Virus record (IMG/VR): IMGVR_UViG_3300046168_000058
Location: 4,375 to 68,374 of that record
Source: a virus
Length of the DNA: 64,000 nucleotides
Direction: 5' to 3' (one strand)
A model generated the notes under the pieces. That model ran no database searches, was not told the origin of the DNA, and saw only the letters and a program-made list of their open reading frames with translations. Of this stretch, positions 20,458-31,000 are shown piece after piece. Within the stretch, counting starts at the first letter, position 1. Every line of letters starts with the position of its first letter. The position numbers and the translations under genes were made by a program.

Positions 20458-20735
20458 ATCTTTTTAATCTTCCATGTTTCGGGGTTTTTAACCTTCGAGT
20501 TTTTCACTTCAATCTTCAGAGTTTTCTCTGCGAGCGATAACGGCGAGAGCGTCTCCAGCGCGTTGACGACCGCTTTGAGTGCAAGTGTTTCGTCGGCACT
20601 GGTGTCCGGATCGAGGAGTTTGGCGAGGTATCTACTTCTTTCTTTCTGAAAGCGTTTCTCAAGATGGATAAAAGCTTCATCAGTCGTTAATCGTTTTAAG
20701 TCTGCTAGTTTGTCGAATATTACTATGTCGGTCAT
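20454..20735 (-). CDS. hypothetical helical protein
   Basis: 93-aa ORF in the head/tail operon. Confidence 0.65.
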   Translation of the reverse strand: MTDIVIFDKLADLKRLTTDEAFIHLEKRFQKERSRYLAKLLDPDTSADETLALKAVVNALETLSPLSLAEKTLKIEVKNSKVKNPETWKIKKI

Positions 20736-20747
20736 TTTGAATTGATA

Positions 20748-21743
20748 TTATTCGCAAGGAGCTCCGTCTCTGCGATAAAACCTACTAAATATATAACTAA
20801 GGTCGCCTGCTACCCTGAATGGCGATTCATGATTGTTGCTATATTGTGCGTGAACACCGGTCGTAGAAGCGGGCCCGGTGTTAACCTGCTTTCGGGTGCT
20901 GCGGCTGCCTTGTGCAGGCTGAACATTACCGAATTCCCAAGCTTCAAGGAGTTCGCCACGCGTATTTGGATACCGAGCTTTATATAACCACAAGGTGTAC
21001 ACAGTAGGAACACAATCTTCGTCAATCACCCTTTCGTATACAAAACCGTCAAAAACGGTGTCTGTTAACCAATCACCGTCGGGATTAAAATACCCTTTAA
21101 GTCCCTCTACTTGTCGGTAGTACCCGTCTAGTAGTATTCCTTGAAACAAACCTTTAACCTCCAAAACTACTGAACCAATCAGTTCAGGTGTGAGCATAGG
21201 CTCAACAGTTCCATCAAGATTTTGCGGTCCACTTATCGGAATGGCTGCCGTGGAGATTAACTCCGATGGTCCTTGTGATGGCACAATAACATTGGAACTT
21301 AGGCTACCTGGGCCGGAAGCTGGCTCAACTATGCTGGTAATTAAATCTTGTGGGCCTAAATCTGGGTATGGTTTCTCTTTCAGAGATTGAGGACCAAGGG
21401 CGGGTTTAACTATTGTTGAAGCTAAGCCTAAAGGTCCTGCGTTAGATACGCCGAATGCAGTAGTTAGATTGGTTGGACCTAGTAATGGCGCAACCTCAAG
21501 ACCTGAAGGACCAAAATCCGGCGGGAGCATACTTCGATAGACACAGGTTGTACCTTTGCCAACAGCCTCACTTCTTCTCTTGGTAAATGTTGCATTTGCA
21601 AACCCATCGCCGGTCTCGTCGCAATACTGTTTTTTAATGGAACCAGGAAACCGGCTAGCCTGCAAACCAAAGTACTTAGAGCTTACAGCATAGTTAGTGT
21701 AGTTGTCCGTGTTGAACTTCTTATTTTTATATGCTCGGCTCAT
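20748..21743 (-). CDS. virion protein with eight GPxxL repeats
   Basis: GPSGL, GPTNL, GPLGL, GPQSL, GPQDL, GPGSL, GPSEL, GPQNL at ~11-13-aa spacing. Confidence 0.65.
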   Translation of the reverse strand: MSRAYKNKKFNTDNYTNYAVSSKYFGLQASRFPGSIKKQYCDETGDGFANATFTKRRSEAVGKGTTCVYRSMLPPDFGPSGLEVAPLLGPTNLTTAFGVSNAGPLGLASTIVKPALGPQSLKEKPYPDLGPQDLITSIVEPASGPGSLSSNVIVPSQGPSELISTAAIPISGPQNLDGTVEPMLTPELIGSVVLEVKGLFQGILLDGYYRQVEGLKGYFNPDGDWLTDTVFDGFVYERVIDEDCVPTVYTLWLYKARYPNTRGELLEAWEFGNVQPAQGSRSTRKQVNTGPASTTGVHAQYSNNHESPFRVAGDLSYIFSRFYRRDGAPCE

Positions 21744-22816
21744 CAGTAAGGATTTGGAGGAGTGCTGGAGTGATGAGTTCTGAAGTCCTGAGTATATTCA
21801 GGATTAATTCTCATAGTAGAGCCTACGGCAAAACCTGTTCCTTCTCCGCCTTCAAGTGAGGATTTCATGGCCATTACATCAGACTCCTTAAATCTGTTAT
21901 ATGGATTATATTGTAGATCTCTAAGATAAGCATTAGGGTAGCTAAACCATAAACTAAATTTAGGATTACTAAGATTAGGATTAACCGAATAGCTATTGTA
22001 CTTAACCTTACTCTCGGCGCTCCCCGATACTAAATATCCGCCTGTTGGTCTGTATTTATACCAATACCACTCCCAGAGATTATTACCGACACCTGACCCC
22101 CGGCTAACATTTGAATAGTATGCGGCTTGCGTCTCAGGTACAATTTTAAATCTTTGCCCTTCAATAAGAGGAAATGCGTAGTATTTATAAGGAGCATCTT
22201 CACCCAAATATATTGCGGCATCATCTACTTCCTTAGGATACCACCGACCATCGGGCTCGCCGTACAGGTTGCCGAAATTGCTGTCAGAAAAAGATACTAC
22301 CGTATAAATCGGCTCAGGGGCTTCTGCCACTAAATCTTGCGGGCCAGATGTTGGTGCGGGCCATTCTTCCAACGATTGCGGACCTGCCGCAGGGGCTACA
22401 ACTGATGCGTTCAACATAGCTGGGCCCGTTGAAGAAATTTCAATTCCAGTACTCAAACCTGTCGGTCCAAACTGAGGAGGAAAAGTTAAAAACTCAAGGC
22501 TCAGAGGTCCAGCTTCAGGTGTTGGCACTCTTAAATTAGTAGGGCCAAATGCAGGTAGGCCAAATGCGGACAGCATGTTAGGACCTCTTCTCGGCTCGTT
22601 AATATGTAAGCCCGGCTTTTCCGCCACACCCGCACGCTGCTTTGGATATAAACCATCCAAATCACCATCTCCGTCAAAATCACCAAATCCCAGTTTAATA
22701 GAAGCACCCTGAGATACTTTTTTTTCAAGATACTCAGGATTATATTTCCTTTTGTATCTTCTTTGTGAAATATTAGTTAGTTTTTTGTGACGGTATATGT
22801 GCGGGAGTTCTCGCAT
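21743..22816 (-). CDS. virion protein with seven GPxxL repeats and a DxDGDG Ca-binding-like loop
   Basis: GPNML, GPTNL, GPLSL, GPTGL, GPAML, GPQSL, GPQDL; GDFDGDGDLDG. Confidence 0.65.
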   Translation of the reverse strand: MRELPHIYRHKKLTNISQRRYKRKYNPEYLEKKVSQGASIKLGFGDFDGDGDLDGLYPKQRAGVAEKPGLHINEPRRGPNMLSAFGLPAFGPTNLRVPTPEAGPLSLEFLTFPPQFGPTGLSTGIEISSTGPAMLNASVVAPAAGPQSLEEWPAPTSGPQDLVAEAPEPIYTVVSFSDSNFGNLYGEPDGRWYPKEVDDAAIYLGEDAPYKYYAFPLIEGQRFKIVPETQAAYYSNVSRGSGVGNNLWEWYWYKYRPTGGYLVSGSAESKVKYNSYSVNPNLSNPKFSLWFSYPNAYLRDLQYNPYNRFKESDVMAMKSSLEGGEGTGFAVGSTMRINPEYTQDFRTHHSSTPPNPY

Positions 22817-23040
22817 TAAGCAACGCTGTCAGCCCTGTGTGCTTTTGAAATCTTTCCTGTAGCTTGACTATATACTACACCTAATGAACCACCCATTGTT
22901 GGGTATTTAGCTCCATAGATATTTTCTACAGATTTATGATTAGAAGCTTTACGGAAAGATTTTTTCCTCTCGGCTGCTTTGTAGTTATTAGCTGGTTTGC
23001 TGTGTTTATATTTAACTGTTGCTGGTGCTGATGCGCTCAT
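22816..23040 (-). CDS. small basic protein
   Basis: 74 aa, K-rich, directly after portal. Confidence 0.55.
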   Translation of the reverse strand: MSASAPATVKYKHSKPANNYKAAERKKSFRKASNHKSVENIYGAKYPTMGGSLGVVYSQATGKISKAHRADSVA

Positions 23041-23043
23041 AAT

Positions 23044-25062
23044 TTATTGTTGGTATTGGTTCATGCCTTGTGGGTTGCTATTACCCATACCGGCGGTTGC
23101 TGCGGAAACTCCATCCTTTGGCTCATTGGCATTGCCCTGCGCCGCTGCATTATCGCCAAGCATCTTGGCAATTTCTGCTTCGCTCTTTGGATCGGGCGGT
23201 GCTTCCTGAGGTAATAATTCATCCGTTCTTTCAAAGCCCATAGCATCAAGAATACGCTTGAGCATAGGACGAATGAACGGACGCATTTCGGGAGGTGATT
23301 GAAAATATCTGTCCTGTGTTTGCAGTGCGAGATTTGCTTTCTCGATAGCCCTCTGGCCTTGGTCCTGAGACAAGATGACTTTGGTATTGATACCAATATT
23401 ACGGATCGCTTCAGGAGTCATAACACCGAAGGCTCGGACATCACCTTCCATGTATTCAAATACTTCTTCCTCATCCATAGTTGCCATGGATACCTGGACG
23501 AGCTTGGTCAAATGCTCCTCGAATCCACGAACGATTCTACGCATCCAACGACGACCAATCTTAGAAGCTTCTCTTAATGTTGCTTCAACTCCGGTTGCTG
23601 TATTGGCAGGAGCCAACGCTTGGTAGTCACCCTGAGCCATGTTGGAAACACCCAGCCAGAGCTGAACAATACCAAACACAAAATCAATTAACTCCTGGGT
23701 CTTAATATCAACATTAGGAATCGCAGAGAACTGGAGGAAGTCATCAATGTTATATTGATCCTTCAATTCAAAGATCTTACCAGCGTGCAATTCAACATCC
23801 TCAGGCTCATCCTCTACGGCCTGCGGGTTAACACCTATGACCGGATTGGCTGCGAGTTCATTACGATAGCTCTGAGAATTAAACTGCTTATCGACATACT
23901 CCTGAAAAGATCTGATCCTTTCAGGAAGGCTTTTTCCGCACCACTTGTTTCTATCTTTTCCAATAGAAACAGCGGTGTACGGAATGCGGTTATCTGGGGT
24001 AAGCTTTGCTACAAATTCGTAATATAAAATCTTTTTGGCCTCAGGGTCTACAAACACACAGAACTCTTGAGGATCACCGGTACCAAGAACATCACGCTTA
24101 ACCCAGCATTCAAGAATCTGAATACTTGGATTTTCTTCATTATCAAAATCTAAGTTCTCGATTCTATCTTCGTTCTTCTCGATCGGACTTCTGGGGTTGG
24201 CGTCTTTGTTAACCAAATTGAAATAGTCACCAAAATTCATCCATTCACGCTCGAGGAACATCTTCTGAGCCCAGCGCATATCTTTATCGTAAAGCTCTAC
24301 TACGATATCGGCGTCCTCAAGAGACTCTGCGGTTGTCGGGCATAGGAAACGATCAGAGTCTATGACCTCTGACCTAGGACCTTTGTACTTAACCTGCTGG
24401 GTTGGAACACCCTGAGGTAAAGGTTGAAATTCATGGACACCGGGTATCATCTGAAAGCTAGGATCAGATGCAAGCCGAAGCTCTGACTCACCGGTCATTG
24501 GATTCATCTCTGGGATAAACTGTGCCTCACCTTCAATAATCGGACCTTCACCAGGAATCTCCTCAAACTCGCCTCGTTCGTTGTTGAATAATCCGTTTCT
24601 CTCATAATCGTACCAAGTGGACACCTCTTCCTTATAGGTGGATTTTAAGACCAAAGCCCGTTGGATAAACAAATGGAGATAGGATTCTTCCAAACGCTCA
24701 CGGGTTTGGCCTTTGTCCTCAAGCTTCCAGTTAAAGTATTTGTCGTAGGCTTCGGCTGATTCTTGATCTCCTGCTCCCTGGGCCTCAAATTTAAAGTATG
24801 GGCTTGTGCCTGTAATCTCATCCTCAGCCCTAGCCATAAAGTGATCGACCACAAGACTGGTCATAGGGATGGATAAATTAGAATTACTAAAAATACTGTC
24901 GTACCCTACCCGATCGGTTCGATCATTGTGGTACATCTTCCAGGAAATTTTATCATGCTCAATACGCTCACGGTTGTCCTCCTTGAGCTGCTCTACTCGA
25001 TCGAGTAAGTATTTAAGGAGTTTATCCTCCTGTTTCTTAGTTATCTTTAGATTGGTTTCCAT
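23044..25062 (-). CDS. portal protein
   Basis: 672 aa; RIPY..VSI...RNKWCGKSL.ERI...Q and NTATGVEATLREAS..RR..R motifs of P22/podoviral portals. Confidence 0.85.
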   Translation of the reverse strand: METNLKITKKQEDKLLKYLLDRVEQLKEDNRERIEHDKISWKMYHNDRTDRVGYDSIFSNSNLSIPMTSLVVDHFMARAEDEITGTSPYFKFEAQGAGDQESAEAYDKYFNWKLEDKGQTRERLEESYLHLFIQRALVLKSTYKEEVSTWYDYERNGLFNNERGEFEEIPGEGPIIEGEAQFIPEMNPMTGESELRLASDPSFQMIPGVHEFQPLPQGVPTQQVKYKGPRSEVIDSDRFLCPTTAESLEDADIVVELYDKDMRWAQKMFLEREWMNFGDYFNLVNKDANPRSPIEKNEDRIENLDFDNEENPSIQILECWVKRDVLGTGDPQEFCVFVDPEAKKILYYEFVAKLTPDNRIPYTAVSIGKDRNKWCGKSLPERIRSFQEYVDKQFNSQSYRNELAANPVIGVNPQAVEDEPEDVELHAGKIFELKDQYNIDDFLQFSAIPNVDIKTQELIDFVFGIVQLWLGVSNMAQGDYQALAPANTATGVEATLREASKIGRRWMRRIVRGFEEHLTKLVQVSMATMDEEEVFEYMEGDVRAFGVMTPEAIRNIGINTKVILSQDQGQRAIEKANLALQTQDRYFQSPPEMRPFIRPMLKRILDAMGFERTDELLPQEAPPDPKSEAEIAKMLGDNAAAQGNANEPKDGVSAATAGMGNSNPQGMNQYQQ

Positions 25063-25063
25063 A

Positions 25064-28000
25064 CTAATTTACTATGCCCAAAGCTCTGGCCTTTTTAATT
25101 GTAGCTATGTAGGCATTATTTTCCTTTTTCTCTAGCTCTGCAATGCGTTGGCTTTTTTGTAATCTGCTTAGGGAGTCGTTCTGTTCTACCTTCAGAATAC
25201 TGTCTCTAATCTTCTTGCGGAGTGAATCAGCCCGTTTTACATAGCTGTCCAGAGCTATAAAATCTTTTAAAGCATTCTTATGCTGGTTATACTCTTTTGA
25301 GCTCACTGCTTTAGAAATTCGTAACTGTTTCTCAGCTGCTAGTTTTTTATCTCTAAGCTGGTAGTACATATTCTTAAGGCTAGAGTTAGACACCGAGCTT
25401 CTATAAAATCTGTTTATTATTGGAATGTTATTTATCTCTGGTGCTTTATAATCGATTTTATCTGAAATCATAGGAGCAATAGCTGAACCTATAAATGAGT
25501 TAAGAATCTGACCTGGACCGCCTAGGTACGCTGTCATTAAATGCTCAAGCTGACTACCAGACACATTCCATGAGACTACCGAGTCTTCAAATCCTTCTAA
25601 GGGGTGGTATCCAAAAAAGCTGCTAAAACTACCTTTTACCGCTTCACTTCCACCCAACATCGTATTAACCCACTTCGATATTTCTGTCCAATACTGCTCT
25701 GTCCTTTTAGGATCATTCATGTATGCAGCTAAAGATGGTTCAAAGTCTCGATCCTCTTTTCGTATTTCCGCACCCATGAAATTTCGGTTATTAGCAAGCT
25801 CTACTATTGGTACAATCGGAGTGGGAACCATAAAGGTACCCCAGCTACCAGAAGCTAATGGATTTGTAGCGTTTACAATAGCCTGAGCATTTCTCTCCAT
25901 CCACTCAACAGGACCTCCCCCACCTTTACCGTTCCAGCGTGAGAATATATCTCCTACTGTTTGACCTAATGCCCAGAAGATATTGTACCCGAGAGGTAGA
26001 GGAATCCTTGCATTACTTCCGTCTTCAAAAGCAAATGTGACATTTGTATCTCTAAGAAAACTGTTGATTTTATCATACTTGGGTTCGGCCTCTTCATCCT
26101 CATCATAGTTCAACATTCTCTGTAAAATTGCGTGTAAAGCAGAGGCTCCCGCGATAGAACTTATTAAAGCTATAGATTTTTTGAGACCACGCGTATGTAA
26201 GGTTTTAAACAGACGGTGCGTTGAGTTAACTGATGCTCCGAAGAAAACAAACATTGATCCAAGAGTCTGCGTAAAAGTACCCTTCTGATTGAAATCAACT
26301 GTTATGTTACGGGCTATCTTTGCGGCTTCTTGGGCGGATCTGCCTTGCTCTAAAGCAGCTGAAAAAGATGCAAGCCTTATAGAGTTTTCGATGGCAGTAT
26401 TTCCGGCATCTAAATAATTCAATGTAGCCATCCAGGCTTCTTTCGCCTTTCCAGGCTTACCGGTTAGCTCTTGAACATCGGCAATCAGCTCAGTCAACGG
26501 CTTGCTTCGGAAGTATCCGACCTTACCTCCAGACTGCTTATAAAACTGATACAATCTTTTATAGTCTCCGGAGACAGAAAGATTCTTTCCGTACTCGGCT
26601 AACTCCTTAGGATCTTTTGGAAGGTTATCAAGTTTAGTTGCAATCTTATTACCTGTATCGACCTCAACTTTAGCGATATCCTTCATCATTAAAGCTATTC
26701 GCTTAGGGTCGAGTGCCTTACCCATTAATGTAACTTTGTCATCTTCGGATAAATGAATAGCGGCTGTAAGTAAATCTCTCGCAAAGTTAGGGAAAAGGAA
26801 TGCAGGGTTCTTCGAAGTAAATAGCTGAGCCATGTTACGAGTAAACCAAGCAAAGGTTTGCAGAGGCCCAGGCAAAGCTTCGAAATTTAAATTCTTCAGC
26901 GAGGCAGCTGACTGCATACCTGCTTTGTTTTGTTTGAATTTAATGTACATAGGCACACCGTTTTTACGGTACACAAATGTTAAAGGATCGTTCCTAAGTT
27001 TCTCGCTCATCTCACGGCGGTAGAACTTCAATCCATCAACAGTTTTCTCCCTCTTTTTACCGTCCTCATCGTAGAACTCTATTTTCTGCTCTTTTACCTC
27101 GTAGCCATTCTTCATAGTGAGCTCTTGAAAGTCCTTCTCAAAGATTCCATCTACGCCGAACACTCGCTCACGCAAGTTCTCACTTATAGTAGGATCTTGT
27201 TTGATTTTTGCCTCTAGATCTTTACCTCCCTCAAATGAGTCGAGTTTAGGTATAGGTAAACCTGTGACATTTTTCTGTCCGTAAAAAGCAACGGCTCTCA
27301 TCAGCTCAAACGCTCTGCCGTATGCCTGTGCCACTTCGTTTTTGTGGGCTCGTAGCGCACCGTCAAAATACTGGCTCTGAGCCACAGAAAATACCATTTC
27401 GGGATCTGGACCTACGGACTTCGCATCGCGGCCATATGACGCTTCAAAGAGGAACTGCTGTTTGGGTTGATCCCATGCACGCCCAGAACTGGAAGAAGAC
27501 TTACCTGCTATTTGATAAACCTCTTCTAAATCATTTAACCTCTCAGTCTGACCGTCAAAACCCTGCATCGGTGCGTAAGAGTAGGCACTCTCTTTACCGT
27601 CTGACTTGTACATATATTTAGACCCGCCCTGCTTCTTCCAATTAAAATAGGAGCTAGCATTGATCATGGCTGTACGCTCATTGATATCTGCACCACTCTG
27701 AATCAAACCGCCATCATTACGCAGATTCAGACTGCTCATGTTCATGTCGTAAAATGTCTGCAGCGGATTGCTGGGGTCATCCAAAAATGCTTTGAAGTTT
27801 GGATCTTTCTCCATGCTCTGAACAACCTTTATAGCGGTTGCAGTTTTTACTCCGCTCAAGGCATCTCCATGCTTTTTAATAGTTTTCTGAATGTTCTTCT
27901 TGGTCTCACCTTTCGCTTCAGCCATTAACTCTTTATAAAGCTCTTTAAGGTGTATGTTTTTACTTGGAGCTATGCGGGCGATTAAATACTCACCAAACTC

Positions 28001-31000
28001 GCGGTTAGTCACATTATGATTACGGAGTGCTTCTTTTATAGGCTCAATGTAGATAAGCTCCGATTGCTTTACCACTTCGTCAGTCTTACCAAAATACTGA
28101 TGCCATAGTGCGTGGATATCTAAATTTTCTTTTAATGCTTTGGACGCACCGAGATCCTTTAATATATCCTCCAAAGGTTTTGTAGCAGCTCTCGAGTTGT
28201 CTACAAGGGAGTTCATAAACCCATGTTTAGTTATCGGTTTACCTCCATTTAAAGCGTTCAAACGAACCCCTAACTCTTGACGGCTCTTAGCATTACTACC
28301 TGTTTTTTTGAACAGGCGATCCATGAGAGATAGAGCGTCATTGTATTGGTCAACGCTTTTAATTTTCTCTTTTAACGAAAATGTTTGTTCTTCAAGTCTT
28401 GCCCCTAGGAATGGGCTTTTTGAATCAAGTACTCTAGCTTTAAATACTGGGAATAGCTTACTCTCCTTAATCTTCTTCTGCCAAGCATAGCCGTAAAGCT
28501 TCATGTTCTTGGGAGGTACATCCATGCCAAACGCTTTCCAGAAATCAAACTCAACCTGTTCATCAGCACCTTGAAACTGCTTAACCACATCGCCTACGGA
28601 AACCTTACGGCCTCCGGATTTAAGATTAAATAGAAGCTGTCTTATCGTTGCGGCAGTCTTTTCATTCTTGTTAAGATTTTTAGTAACAATATCGTCCGCG
28701 TTAATACTCGGATCAAGCTTGTCCTTAATACCCTCCCCTTCGGATTCCTCAAAATCGCTGTCCTTAGTTTTACCCATATCCTTATCGGTACGGGTCTCTT
28801 CTTCGAAATCTGCGTCAAATCCTTCAGGTGTATCGTCATTAGCATCCCCCTGCTTCTCCTGATCGCTGGTATGCTTTTGCATATCGCGATCCATGATAGT
28901 TTTATCTTTGCGTTTGGAGGTGCCGAAGATGTCTACACGACGGGCGTCTACGACTGCCTGGAATATAGGGGCTAAGGTTGCCTGTACATATTCATAACTA
29001 GGTACTTCACGATTAAACAAAGAATCATCGCGGAGCTTTCCGTTAACATAGAAGTACTGATTATCCGCCTCATATCTAAACTGCTTCTTCTCGAAACTGT
29101 CAGCATACGCCTCTTTTCTTTGCTGCTTTTTCTTAGCTTTCTTAGCAGCTTTCTTCTTACCTTTTTTAGTATTAAGCTTCTCTAAATCTTTGGCCACTGC
29201 CTTACGGTCTTTACCGAAAGCATTCTGGACAATAGATGCAAGCTGATCGTCTTTGAGGTTAATCGATTTATTAGTTGAATCGTAAAGCACAGCACGACCA
29301 TTAGCATCAACAGTTATCCTTACAGATTTACCTTCCCATAAAGTATCTTTTGATGCTTCACCAAGTGGATCTACAGTGTCTTTCTTTTTCTCAAGGTAGT
29401 CTACTTTGAAGTTTTTTATATTAAGCTTCTTGTACATGCTTTTGATAAAGTCATCCCACACAAAAAGTAAGAAGCCTCCCCCGGGAGCTCCAGGCATTGA
29501 CTGTACAAGAGTAGAACCTTTCGGCTTTTTAGATGAAGGCATTTGTTCGAGTCGTGTAAGGTCACTCAAAACACCTTGCCCGTTCCAGAAGAATTTTGCT
29601 ACATCTGCTGCTGATACAAGATCGAGCCTCTTATCAGCAGAGAGTAACCGTTGATCAACCTCTTCCATGTAAGTATCGTTTAGATACTGCATGTCGTTAT
29701 TCCAGACGGTTATCTGTCTGTCCAAATCAGCTATTTCAGCCTCAACCTTTTCGTCTTTTTTCAGCTGCAGCACCAGAGGTATTTGTTTAGCTCGCAGCTC
29801 GCTTATTCTTTGTGCGATTACCTGTCTGAAAGTTTTGTCCTTATTAGTTTTTAAATACCAGTCACCATCTCCCTCTTCATTCAACTTCCAGACAACGGTC
29901 ATGTCGTCCCCGTTAGATCTTGTGTAAGTTACCTCGTACCCACTTTCAGGCGCTACGAAATCACTAACCATATCAAGATCAAGTCTCGAAGGTATATTTA
30001 CAACATTCGGATCTTCTTTTGTAGCCTCAGCAGCTTCAAAGCGTCTCACTGCTGTTTCAAGATCCTGCTGTAACCTTTTGGCTTGTTCCTTAGCCATACG
30101 GGTAATTTCTTCTTTGGTGCGAACCTCCCCGTCTTTACCTTTGGTGCTTATGTTTTCTTTGCTGACATCACCCTTTAGCAATCTAGCAACCCTTTTCTGA
30201 AGCTCTTTAATTATCTTCTTTTGTTTCTTCTTCTCTGGGTTGCCTTTGGCTAGCTTACGGGCTGCGGCCATTACATCAAAGCCCTCGTCTACATTGCCTC
30301 TTACAAAACCTCCATGAACCTGTTCACGAGCTGGAATCTTATCATCAGCCTCTTCTCCAATCTCGCGGTAATCAAACCCGCTGTCGTCAAAGCTTTTTAC
30401 ATACTGAGTACGACCTTTTGAATCTGGTGCAATACTTTGATTAAGATAAGTCTGCCACCCTGGACCATCTCCCTTAAAACTAGATTCTGCAACATCAGGA
30501 CCAGTATCAATATTTTCTCTTTGGTAGAAAGGAAACAGAGGTCTCTTCTTCTTAGCGTCTTCCTTCTTCTCATCAAGCTTACCTTCTAGATGTTCTATGT
30601 AATCAAGCTGTCTTTGTTTAAGCCACTCGAATACAGAATCGGCTCCTGGGTTTTGCTCGTTCTTATAAGTTTTAGCTATGTAAGCCTCAAACGCTGTGCG
30701 CTTCTTATTTGTTTGGGAAGCTTTCTCGATTAGGTCTTTATCCGTTGCATCTGGGTCAGTTCCTTCAAAGTCAGGAAACTTATCAGATTTATACTCAATA
30801 AGATTTTTATATCTCTCCGCCAAGTCCGACTCGACATAATTAAAATAGTCTTCTATCGCTTCCTCTCGCTTATGAAAGTAATCCCACTCATCAAACGCTC
30901 CTGAAAAAGGTTTTCCTCCCTGTACTTTTGGAAAATAAGGGTTCTCCTCAGCACCTCTAGCACTAAACGCTTCGGAATTATATATGTCATCAAGACGAGG

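Noticed and set aside
22650-22690. DFDGD as a two-barrel RNA polymerase catalytic motif
   Set aside because: The context GDFDGDGDLDG in a small repeat-rich virion protein fits a Ca-binding DxDGDG loop.
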